Shown one piece after another: positions 12,851 through 24,749 of a stretch of DNA of 64,000 nt. Position numbers and translations under genes: made by a program. The DNA is from Azolla caroliniana (Eukaryota > Plantae > Polypodiophyta), in contig JBHGNT010000012.1 in assembly GCA_043228905.1 (NCBI GenBank), positions 13,330,001 through 13,394,000 on the forward strand. Direction: 5' to 3'. The notes under the pieces are model-generated. The model saw only the letters and a list, made by a program, of their open reading frames with translations, made no database searches and had not been told where the DNA came from. Numbering within the stretch: position 1 is the stretch's first letter; every line of letters begins with the position of its first letter.

Positions 12851-13584
12851 TACTCCCGCTCTTTAAAACATTGCACTCTTGCAATGGAAAGTTAGAGAAG
12901 TTAGTTCTCAGAGTATTTTCGCGTTCCCATGTGGCATCTTTTATTGATTTATCCATCCATTTTATTTTAAATTCTCGGATTTCTTTAGTACGTAATTTTT
13001 TTGTTTCAACATTGAGAATTCTTTCTGGTACATGTGGTTTAGAAGATAATTCTTCAGAAGTAACGAGAGTTTCAGTTGTAACTGTATTGTCACTAGAACC
13101 TAGAAATTCTTTTAGAAGACTCACATGAAAAACTGGATGAATTTCAACACCATCGGGAAGAGCGAGACGATAGGCTGATGATCCAATGTGTTTGAGGACT
13201 GTAAAAGGTCCACAAAACCGTGGGGCTAACTTAGCGCACTTACCCTTAGACAATGTCTTAGAATTGTGAGGTACATGTAAAAATGCCTTTTGTCCAGGGT
13301 GGAATACATGAGGTTGCCTATGAAGATTGGCATAAAAGCACGCTCTATCTTCGGTTGTATTTATATTATCTCGGGCAATATGCAACATATCTTGCATATC
13401 CAGAAGAAAGTTTTGCATACTTCGCAACTCATCATGATGTATATTAACATCAATCGGGGCTCGTGGCTGAAAACCATACATCAACATAAAAGGACTATAT
13501 CCCATGATGTATACTTGGAGCTGTTATAAGCAAACTCCAAAATTGGGAGATAACGTTCCCATTTTGTTGGTTTTGCACCAACGT

Positions 13585-14443
13585 TGTCGTAGTGTATTTC
13601 GTACACTACGTGAAAAACTTATAAAGTACCGATTTAATAAATATGAATAAATAGTAGAAACTATTAAAATATATATAACCTGCATAGGGCAAGATTCAAA
13701 CCTTGCACCTCCATGTTAATAATGTGAAACCTTACCATTACACTAGCATTTCATTAGTGTTAAAAAGTAGAAATCCCACATAGAAGCTTTATTTCGCGTA
13801 TATTTTCTAGATAAAAAAGCTATAGTTAGATAATAATAAAAAACGCATGATCACTTTTAGAAAAAGCATGTTAAAGAAAGCATGTAGTCTATCGACAAAA
13901 AAAGCATGGAGTCTATAGTTAGAGAAAAAGCATGGATTGTAAAGACTCTCTCATCACTATATAAGGATGAGGAGCATAATGTAATAGGTGTGTGAAAAAT
14001 ATTTGGGAAATTGGATATATTTCCTAAAAACACCAATTAATATAATCGTGGGATTCACGAAGTTTTATATAATCTATCTCTTTCAATCTAAATTCATATT
14101 CTTACATAAATATTGATTAATGTAATACTTGTGGGACTCACAAGGTTTGATCTCTTTTCTATTTCTACGCTAAACTATTCTAAACTATTTCAATTTATTA
14201 CTATGATTAAGACAAACTAAAACAACTCTACTTGTGGGATTCACGAATTTGCTAAAATAATTCTCTCTTACTACCTAAATATTGACTAAATATACTAAAC
14301 TCGTGGGATTCACAAGATTCTTATCTTATAACTCTTTATACCTATTCTTTACTAGCCTTATTTGTATTTTTCTTCCTCCTAGTCCAAAACCTCGGCGGTT
14401 CCCACCCGACTCACGCAACGATCCGGAGCCGAAAGGCACGACA
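13585..14443 (+). mobile_element. Solo LTR D1 (859 bp) inserted in A1 integrase
   Basis: Ends TGTCGT...ACGACA; TSD ACGT at 13581-13584 and 14444-14447; TATA near 13959; repeated gtgggattcac motifs; related to 59605-60649. Confidence 0.85.
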
Positions 14444-15232
14444 ACGTATGCTCGAAGCATGTCCTCAATAATTTGATTTACTTGTTCTGTCTGTCTATCG
14501 GATTGAGGATGATCCGTGGAGCTCATGCTCAATGTAGTTTCTAACTTTTTGAAGACTTGCTTCTAGAAGTCACTAGTAAACTTGATCACTCACGATATCC
14601 ATCGGTAACCTATAACAACGAAATAACTCGTCAACGAATTGGTAAGCCAATTCAAGAGCTGTTACCGTGGTTTTAGTAGCAATAAATCTAGCCATTTTAG
14701 TTAGTCTATCAACCACAACCCAGATGGCATCATGGCCTTTTTGGGTGTGAGGAAGGCTAACAATAAAATCCATGGATATGCTTTCCCACTTATTATTGGG
14801 AATGTCCAAGGGATGTAAAAGTCTGTTGAGAGACAAGCTCAACATTCGTGCATAATACGATGCGTAACTCAATGCGTAGACTGGGTGCGTAAATCGGTAT
14901 GCATAACATGGCCGTATTGGTGCGTAAACCGTGAGGCCGTTGGGAAGAAGATATTCCTCGTAAGGAATAATTTTGGGAGTTAGTGTAGTAGGCTCATTTA
15001 TGAGCAGTCAAGTACTGTCAGTACTTGTGCCAACCCTATTGTCAGGGCTTGTATAAAAGGTGCTCACTGAGCACAGTGTATGTACAGATTGAGTATTATT
15101 TTGAATTGAGTTTCTATGTGTTCTCTCTCTCTCTTTGTCTCTCCCGCGTACTATATATTCAAGCTCTCCATTAAACTTGCGTTTTTTGTGTTCGGTTTTC
15201 TATTGCTTCCGCATGCTATTCTTTCTTTTACA

Positions 15233-15244
15233 TGGTATCAGAGC
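15233..15244 (+). promoter_or_regulatory. Primer-binding site (initiator tRNA-Met) of C1
   Basis: TGGTATCAGAGC directly after the LTR end ...TTTACA. Confidence 0.85.
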
Positions 15245-16299
15245 GCGAGGGTTGAGAACCTCTGCAGCCGACATAGCTTGAAAAGAAAACTAACCAAGAA
15301 GAACAAGAAAAACAAAATGGATAGAGGCATGAGTAGCTCGCTTCCTACCGAGAAGCTCGATAAAAACAACTACGTGTCTTGGTCTTACAAGATGCACCAG
15401 TACCTGCTCAGGCACGGTTACTAGAGCTATGTCGATGGAGCAAATGACACAACACCCAAATTGACACACAGAGATTTCCCGGCGTGGGAACAGTCGGCGA
15501 GTAGAGTACTGCACTGCTTCGCGTCTTGTGTGGGCGAATAACTCATGAGCTATATTCAGGATGCGAAAACGCCAAACGATGCTTGGGGAAATCGGAAGAA
15601 GATCTTCGCCACAAGCACCACAGCCAGGAAGCTTCAACTCCGACAGGAGCTGAGCAATTTACGACAACACGACTTGTCGGTGGCTGATTACACCTCCTTA
15701 GCCTCTGTCGATGTGAACGTCGAGGAAGGCGAGATGGTGTAGATCTGTCTCGGGGGACTAGCATCGAAGTTTGGAGCGTTCTGAACTGTTGTGTGTACAC
15801 GGGAGAATACGTCGTCGTTTTTCGAATTACAGTCGATGCTCCTTATAGAGGAGAACCATGCGGGTGCGTCGACGAGCACGCATGTCGACATCAAGATGTT
15901 GTACACGGAGGGAGATAGGCCTTGTGGTCGTGGCGGACGAGGCGAGTCGGTGCGCAATGGAGGCAGCCAACGGGATCAAGGAAGAAGGCATTGAAGCGAT
16001 GCCGACAGCAATTCCGGACCCTCCGGAAACAGGGGGAGTCGAGGCGACGAGAACTGGCAAGGGAAATCCGTCGTGGAATGCTGGTACTGTGGCAAGAAAG
16101 GCCACAGGGAGAGCGAGTACTGGAAAAAGCGCGCCAATTCGGAGAGGACTGGATCCGGATCAGGTTCCGGATAGACCGACAAAGGAAATCGGCAGCGATC
16201 GCACTACGCCAAAGGATCCAGAAAAGCCGAAAAAGTATCAGCTTTCATGACGAGACACGAAGCAAACTCGATGAAGAAGATCACCCCGAAGTCGGACGA

Positions 16300-19200
16300 T
16301 GTTACGGGCATGACCATTTAATATCCCGTGGTGAGAATTTACCGTAGTATTCTATACACGTGGATAAGTGTGAGGGTTAAACGAGAGTGTAAAGAAGGGG
16401 AGGATTACTTTTAATCCTCGGGATTGAGACAACCCATTAGGTCAAGTGTGAACTTGCCTGGGGGCCTTGGGTATCACTATAAATAAGAGGCCTAGCTACC
16501 CTCATTTGATCATCTTTGGACTACATCGAGACTCTGCTCTTGTGGTGGGTCAACTCTTGTAGCGAGCGCGCCAGCACCAGGTACGACTCGACGCCATGGC
16601 GGTGGTATGGGACGTCGATCGAGGCTCGAGTCCGTCTCGATCCCTTCGCTCGGGGGTGGTTGGGTGGATCGGCACCCTTCTTTCTCTTTCTCCTTTCTAT
16701 CTATCATTATTTTATCCTTATCTTAAGCTTACTTTAGTACCTAGATCTCTAATATTTGGTATCAAAGCTATGTACTAATGTTTCTTTGTTTGTCTTTTGT
16801 CTTTTGATTGATGGTGATCGATCGATGTGCGGTCGGCCTTGATTCAGACAACGATAAACAAAGAACTTCGGTAACTCTTTCCGTAATTTTTTATTCTATT
16901 CTCTCTTCTCCCATCTAATCATGTGTTTAGTTTATATGTCATTTTTTTTCATTAACTCAATGATGTTGTAGTGGTCTTTAATTGATTATCTAAAACCTTT
17001 ACATATGTGCACGAGGTCAACACCTCGTTTGACATATTAGAGTGTCGTATGCGTACGAGGTTAATACCTGAATTACGGATTACGTTCACGAACATATGTT
17101 ACGTTTGCGTATGAGTTTAATACCTTGATTTGTTGTAAAGGATATGCGTTTGGTCTTGTATGCGTAAGAGGTCAATATCTCAATTGCGTATTACGATGAT
17201 CTCTTATTTGTGGATGTTTCGTGTGCGTAGAGGTATATACCTCGATTACGTATCTCGATCACATCATTTGTAGCTATTTAATATAACGATATGTTAATAT
17301 AGGCATATGTGGTCACGTATATACGTATTTGATCGTATATATGTGATAAGTAAACATATGTGTATATTCGTTATTACGTGATTATATCGAAAGTTGTCCT
17401 TGTCGGGAAAAGGATATTGGTGGCCGTCCTCACATTTTTGTGAGAATGGCGTTGTCACCATCCCTTTTTCAACAATTTTTTATTGTTGACAACCCCATTG
17501 ATGACCTCGATTTCGTTATGTAAAGAAACGCCTATAGCCATAATGATATTGAGTACGTAGGGCTTGACCCACTTCAAGTGAGGTCGCTCCAATGACACAC
17601 GTATCCAACATCCCTCCCTCGTTACATGGATACGATGCCACCATGAGCTCGTTCTTACGAGAGGCATTCGTAATGACGTGACCATGTGATGGGCCACGTG
17701 GGCCTACTACGAAACGAGGGCTCATTTGGCTTGACCATTAGGTTGCAATTTGGCGTATGCCATCGTAATTACGAGACTTGAGGTTAGGTAACGTACCAAC
17801 ATAGTTTTGGTAAATGAGGGCGAAATAAGGACCCTTGACATATATGTTCTTTTAAAAAAAACATATATGATCAAATGCCTCGCATATCTCTTATACGCAT
17901 CAAACATTAAGCAATTGAGAAGAGCAACTTACTTGGTTGGCTCAAGTGTATGACCCTTCTCGAGGTCTCGAGTTCAAATATGACCAAGACCGCACAACAT
18001 CGTTGATACATATGACAATAACACATGTTTAGACTTGAGGTCTAAGTGCACTTTAGGGTCCTCGTAATGAAACTTAAAGAGCCGAAACCACATATGTGGG
18101 CACCGAAACATAGTTTATTGTTAACCTAAACCTTTTTTTCGTGTATAAACTATTCATGACGCGAACATACATGGTTGAGCCTCGGGGAGCCGCCATGAAA
18201 AAATCGATATAGAGATCAAGGAAAGTCATTTATTTGTCACCCCCATGGTTTTTAAAACACCTTTGTGTTACCATAGTAACCTGATCTTGAACCTCATCTC
18301 ATACATCTAGAGGGGTATTGACGTGAGATCATGATATCGATTAATGTTTGCCCATGATATGTTTACATCACGACATGATGTTATGACTATCTCTCTGACC
18401 TTATCCTATTTCTTTTCTAGATATAATCATTTAATGGCTCAAAATAACGACCCGATGTCATCCGCTCAAGCGGAAGGAACTCAAGGAAATCCTCCTCGAT
18501 AAATGTCCATTGAGATGTATTTTTCGCAAATAACCCAATACCTTAGTTTCACCGCTCAACAGATGACCGAACTTCGGCAATCTCAAAGTGCTCTTGAGGC
18601 ACGTGTCATTAGTCTACAACGTGAGACTAATAGACCTGATGAGCGACAAGGTAAACCATCATTTGTCGTTAAGCCATTTACGGGAGACAAAAAGGAAAGA
18701 ATCGAAGAGGCAATCTACACATGGCTGGGATGATGGGAGTCTCATTTTGAGCTCTATCCCACGCCAGATAGTACGAAGATTGCATATGTCGGCCGAGAAC
18801 TCGGGGGTAAGGCCGCCGCTTGGTGGCGTGGGCTCCGTACTATGGGGAAATTGCCCGAAACCGGACAGATTTTGTCACGGTTTTTAAGGGACAATTTCTA
18901 CAACCTCCCTCTCGAACCGAGGCAACACAAGCTTTAATGAACCTCTCTAGCAGGAAATTTTCCTCACTAGAAGACTATGTTCACCATGCTAGAACCCAAA
19001 TCCAAAAATCGGGTCTAGAAGGGGACAATTGGTTAATAGCTTGTTTTGTCAATGGCATCCCCAATTCGAACTATCATTGGATAGTGCACGATAAGGATCC
19101 AAAATCCTTCGAAGAGGCCGTTGAAATAGTTCTTCACTATCAACGCACTTCGAAGAAGGACCACAACAAACCCAACGAAGCGCCTGGGGCTAAGCAGTCG

Positions 19201-22200
19201 CAATTCGTTGGGAAACGCAAGACACCCAACGAATTCATGGATCGCGATTGTAAGCGACAACATCCTTTTTGTGTATTCTGCAAAAAGAAGGGTCATACAA
19301 AAGATCAATGTCGAAAGCTCCAACGGAAAGAGCACAACAACAAAGCTAAAACTGCAGACCATAAAGGTCAGATTCCTAATGTCCTTCAGGTCTATACACA
19401 TCATTTAAGTAATTGTCAATGTTCTTTCCCTCATTATGTATTGGGTCCCAATGATTTACTACGTGCAAACGGGTATATCAATGGATCTCCCGTACAGTTT
19501 TTATTTGATTCGGGAAGCTCACACAATTTTGTGAATGATCGTTTGGTTTAGATATGGGGAATCCAACCAACCGTAAGTGATCACACCTACACGGTGCACT
19601 TGGCTGATGGAAGAGTACAATACATCAACGGGGCGATTCATTCATTAGGAATTTCTATTGATACTTATATAGAGGAAGTAGACTTCCATGTAATGAATCT
19701 TTTTACCATCGATGTAATACTGGGTTATCCCTGGTTTTATAATAAAAGCTCTTCTTTATTTATTGATTGGGTTCGCCATTCCATTTCTTTTGTACTGAAC
19801 AATTGTACGCATTTTATTCAATGTGTAAAAAAACAATCCCTCTCGATTGTTTCCTCGTGTCCATCAATATCTGAGTTGTCTTGTTCTACTCTATTTTATT
19901 GTGTACTTGATCTAGACATTCACGTTTATAATATTGATAATGTCTCGGTTCAATTAACATATTTTGAACAACACCAACTTGATGAAATCTTAAATGATTT
20001 TCATGATGTTTTTCCAAGTGAACTACCTGATGGGTTACCTCCTAAACGAAATATAGACCATCGTATAGATATTGTACCTGGTGTTGCACCAATAAGTATA
20101 CCTCCGTATCGCTTAAGTCGATCTGAAGAAGATGAGGTATCTAAGCAACTCAAGGACTATTTACGAATGGGTTATATACGTTAAAGTAAATCTCCATGGG
20201 GTGCACCAGTTCTCTTGGTTTAAAAGAAAGAGGGCACATGGCGTATGTGTATTAATTACCGACGCTTGAATAAAGTGACGATCAAGAATTCATACCCATT
20301 GCCCTGGGCTGACGATGTAATTGACCGTCTCTAGGGAGCTCGGTATTTTACGAAACTTGATCTCCATACTGGCTACCATCAAATACGAATAAGTGAGGAC
20401 GATGTTCCTAAAACGGCATTTCGTACACGCTATGGCCATTACGAGTATTTGGTTATGCCTTTTGGTTTGACCAATGCTCCGGCTACTTTTCAACAAGAAA
20501 TGAATGACATTTTCCGTGAACAACTTGGAAAATTTGTCGTTATTTTCTTGGATGATATTTTAGTTTATAGCCGTATATTACAAGAACATGCTAGACATGT
20601 TTGCTTTGTTTTACTAACATTGCGTGACAAACAGTTTTATGCGAAGATCTCAAAATGTGAGTTCTTCAAGAAATCAATTACTTATCTAGGACATCTCATA
20701 ACCGAACGAGGAGTTGAAATATAGCTGTATATTACAAGAACATGCTAGACATGTTTGCTTTGTTTTACAAACATTGCGTGACAAACAGTTTTATGCGAAG
20801 ATCTCAAAATGTGAGTTGTTCAAGAAATCAATTACTTATCTAGGACATCTCATAACCGAACGAGGAGTTGAAATTGATCCTTCTCACATTGAGAAAATCA
20901 AGCTTTGGCCCACTCTTCGGATTATTCGAGAAGTTCAATCATTCCTCCCAATTGACGACGCTGGGTTTTTGTCGGGTTTTTGCAAAAGTCTCTTCGTAAT
21001 TACTCCCAATTGACGACGCCGTTTACTGATGTTTTAAAAGGTCAAACGTGTAAGTCTACAAAACCTATTGTGTGGAATGCTACACTAGACCTCGCCTTTA
21101 AGGAACTCAAGGACTTGGTTTGCAAGGCTCCTTCACTTCTTTTACCCGATCCTTCAAAACCTTTTGAGGTTGAAACCGATGCAAGAGATTATGCTATAGG
21201 TACTGTCTTATATCGAGATGGTAAACCAATAACATTCGAGAGTAAGAAACTTGATTCTGCTCAATGTCGGTATACCGTTCAAGAAAAGGAATAATTTGCA
21301 GTTATACATGCGCTCAAAACATGGCGCCATTATCTTTATGGAAATCGCTTTGTGGTAACTACGGACCACGAGTCCTTGAAATATTTTTGTGACCAAGAAG
21401 AGCTGAAAGGTTGTAAGGCACGATGGGCTGATCTCATCCAGGACTTTGATTTTTCCATACGATATCGTAAAGGTTCCACGAACACTGTCGCTGATGCACT
21501 AAATCGCATCCGTGAAGTTAACATGCTTAGCTTCACTGAAATAACATTAGATCTTTATGATCACCTTCGAGGAAAGTATCCTGATGATAGTTATTTTGGA
21601 AAATACTGGGCAAGAGTTGAGTCTGGAATAGACACCACCACATCCTCGAAGGAATACTTCCATATTGCTAACGGTCTACTCTATTGTAATGGGAAGGTTT
21701 GTGTTCCAGATTTACTCGAGGTAAAAAAGAGGATTCTTTTTGAATTCCATGACGCACCCTCAGTAGGGAACCATGGAATACATCATACATCCCTTGGACA
21801 TTCCCAATAATAAGTGGGAAAGTATATCCATGGATTTTATTGTTAGCCTTCCTCGCACCCAAAAAGGTCATGATGCCATCTGGGTTGTCGTTGATCGACT
21901 AACTAAAATGGCCAGATTTATTGCTACTAAAACCACGGTAACAACTCCTGAATTGGTTTACCAATTCGTTGACGAATTGTTTCGTTTTTATGGGTTACCG
22001 ATGGATATCGTCAGTGATCGAGATCCAAAGTTTACTAGTGACTTCTGGACGCAAGTCTTTAAGAAGTTAGAAACTACGTTGAGCATGAGCTCCACGGATC
22101 ATCCTCAATCCGATGGACAGACAGAATGAGTAAATCAAATTATTGAGGACATGCTTCGAGCATACGTTGGTGCAAAACCAACAAAATGGGAACATTATCT

Positions 22201-23352
22201 CCCAATTTTGGAGTTTGCTTGTAACAGCTCCAAGCATACGTCGACGGGATATAGTCCTTTTATGTTGATGTATGGTTTTCAGCCACGAGACCTGATTGAT
22301 GTTAATATACATCATGATGAGTTGCGAAGTACGCAAAACTTTCTTCGGGATATGCAAGATATGTTGCATATTGCACGAGATAATATAAAAACAGCTCAAG
22401 ATAGAGCGCGTTTTTATGCCGATCATCATAGGCAACCTCGTGTATTCAACCCTGGACAGAAGGTATTTTTACGTGTACCTCACAATTCTAAGACATTGTC
22501 TACGGGTAAGTGCGCTAAGTTAGCCCCACGGTTTTGTGGACCTTTTACAGTCCTCAAACGCATTGGGTCATCAGCCTATCGTCTCGCTCTTCCCGATGGT
22601 GTCGGAATTCATCCAGTCTTTCATGTGAGTCGTCTAAAAGAACTTCTAGGTTCTGGCGACAATACAGTTACGACTGAAACTCTGGTTACTTCTGAAGAAT
22701 TATCTTCTAAACCACATGTACCAGAAAGAATTCTCGATGTTAAAACAAAAAAATTACGTACTAAAGAAATCCGAGAATTTAAAATAAAATGGCTGGATAA
22801 ATCAATAAAAGATGCCACATGGGAACGCGAAACTACTCTTAGAACTAACTTCCCTAACTTTCCATTGCAAGAGTGCAATGTTTTAAAGAGGGGGAGTATG
22901 TTACGAGCATGACCATATAATATCCCGTGGTAAGAATTTATTGTAGTAATCTATACACGTGGATAAGTGTGAGGGTTAAATGAGAGTGTAAAGAAGGGGA
23001 GGATTACTTTTATCCTCGGGATTGAGACAACCCATTAGGTCAAGTGTGAACTTGCCTGGGGGCCTTGGGTATCGCTATAAATAAGAGGCCTAGCTACCCT
23101 CATTTGATCTTTTTTTGACTACATCGAGACTCTGCTCGTGTGGTGGGTCAACTCTTGTAGCGAGCGCGCCAGCACCATGTACGACTCGACGCCACGGCGG
23201 TGGTATGGGACGCCGATCGAGGCTCGAGTCCGTCTCGACCCCTTCGCTCGGGGGTGGTCGGGTGGATCGGCACCCTTCTTTCTCTTTCTCCTTTCTATCT
23301 ATCTTTTCATTATCCTTATCTTAAGCTTACATTAGTGCTATGATCTATAATA
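16300..23352 (+). mobile_element. Gypsy chromovirus A2, full-length structure but chimeric (LTRs 16300-16754 and 22899-23352)
   Basis: PBS TGGTATCAAAGC at 16757; PPT AAAGAGGGGGAGTA before 22899; gag-PR-RT-RH-INT-chromodomain order; flanks gacga and ttgta do not match. Confidence 0.9.
18434..22912 (+). pseudogene. A2 gag-pol pseudogene
   Basis: Zinc knuckle CVFCKKKGHTKDQC, protease [26 protein letters not shown] and FLDDILVY, integrase WESISMDFI, chromodomain PERILD...FKIKW...ATWE; multiple stops; 154-bp duplication 20567-20874; deletion near 21787. Confidence 0.9.
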
Positions 23353-24749
23353 TTGTACGAGAACCACTCCTTATGTCTCGTCATGTGGTTTGACGCGCCG
23401 GAGTCTACGTACCACACCTCGTCCGTTCTCGGGGTGCTCTGTTTCATTGAGTTTGCTTCGTGTCTCGTCACGAAGGCAGACCCTTCTCCGGCTCTCCCGG
23501 AGTCTTCGGCGTAGTGCGATCGCTGCCGATTTCCCTTGTCGGTATGTCCGGAGCCGTTTCCGGAACCGGTTCTCTCTGAATCAGCACGCTTCTTCTAGCA
23601 CTCACTTTCCCTGTGGCCTTTCTTGCCACAGTACCAACACTTCGCGATGACCTTCCCTTGCCGGTTCTAATCGCTTCGACTCCCCCTGGTTCCAGAGGGT
23701 CCAGAGTTGCAGTCGACATCACTTCGGTGCCTTCTTCCTGGATCTTGTCGGCCGCTTCCATTGTGTACCGACTCGCCTCGTCCGCCACGACCACGGGGCC
23801 TTTCTCCCTTCGTGTACAACATCTTGCTGTTGGTGTGCATGCTCGTTGACGCACCCGCGTGGTTCTCCTCTACTAGGAGCATCGACTGTAAGTCGAAAAA
23901 GGACGGCGCATTCTCCCGGGTACACACAACCGTTCGGAACGCTCCGAACTTCGACTCCAAACCTCCGAGACAGATCTGGACCATCTTGTTACCGGCCGGC
24001 AAGGAGTCCAAAATACGGAGTGAAGGAGTTAATTAAGTATGGTTGTAAATAAGCATAGTGTGGACGGATGGACTGGAAACGGTATGCTGTTCCAGATCCG
24101 GACGGATCCCGAATAGGTGCGATAGGCACCGTTTTGTACTACGGGCCGGAAACCTATTTAAAGGCCCGGACCCCATTGTAATCGGAGCGGATAATTAATA
24201 GAGCATATGGTGTTTATACTTCTGTGTTGATTTCCGTTCTGTACTTACTGTCATATCTTACGCGTGTAATTAACTAAAGCACTCTAATCATGTAACCTAC
24301 GTAAGTCGGTGTAATCGTTGAATCTTAATCCTATACCGTAATCACCCTTTGGTGAAGTGTCTCCGTGACACCTTGTGTTAGGCCTTGTCCGGTCAGAGAA
24401 TAACACAGTTTTGGCGACCACGATTCCTGCTTTCTCGCAGCGAACGACGGTAATGGATGACTAGACCAACGCACGACCTGACTGAGCTCGACGCCTCGCC
24501 GAACGGCAAAGACGGCGTGAGACTTTCCAGCAAGCAGCGCACGAAATTCGCTCGGATCGTTCGTTCTCCAACGAGATCCGGAGAGTCGCGGAGGAATCTC
24601 TTCGGTTACAGCAAACTCGCGACCAGGACGACGGAAGCAGTCTAAGTAGTCTCCGGGAAACCGAACGCCTCCTCGAGGCGCTGGCAAGCGGAGAAAACGA
24701 GGCAAAAGCCTTTTCAGCCTACGAATCGGATTCCGAAGGGGGATACAGC

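Noticed and set aside
16516-16737. Recurrent small ORF WWVNSCSERASTRYDST in every family A LTR
   Set aside because: Start codon is not conserved and the recurrence is explained by LTR homology
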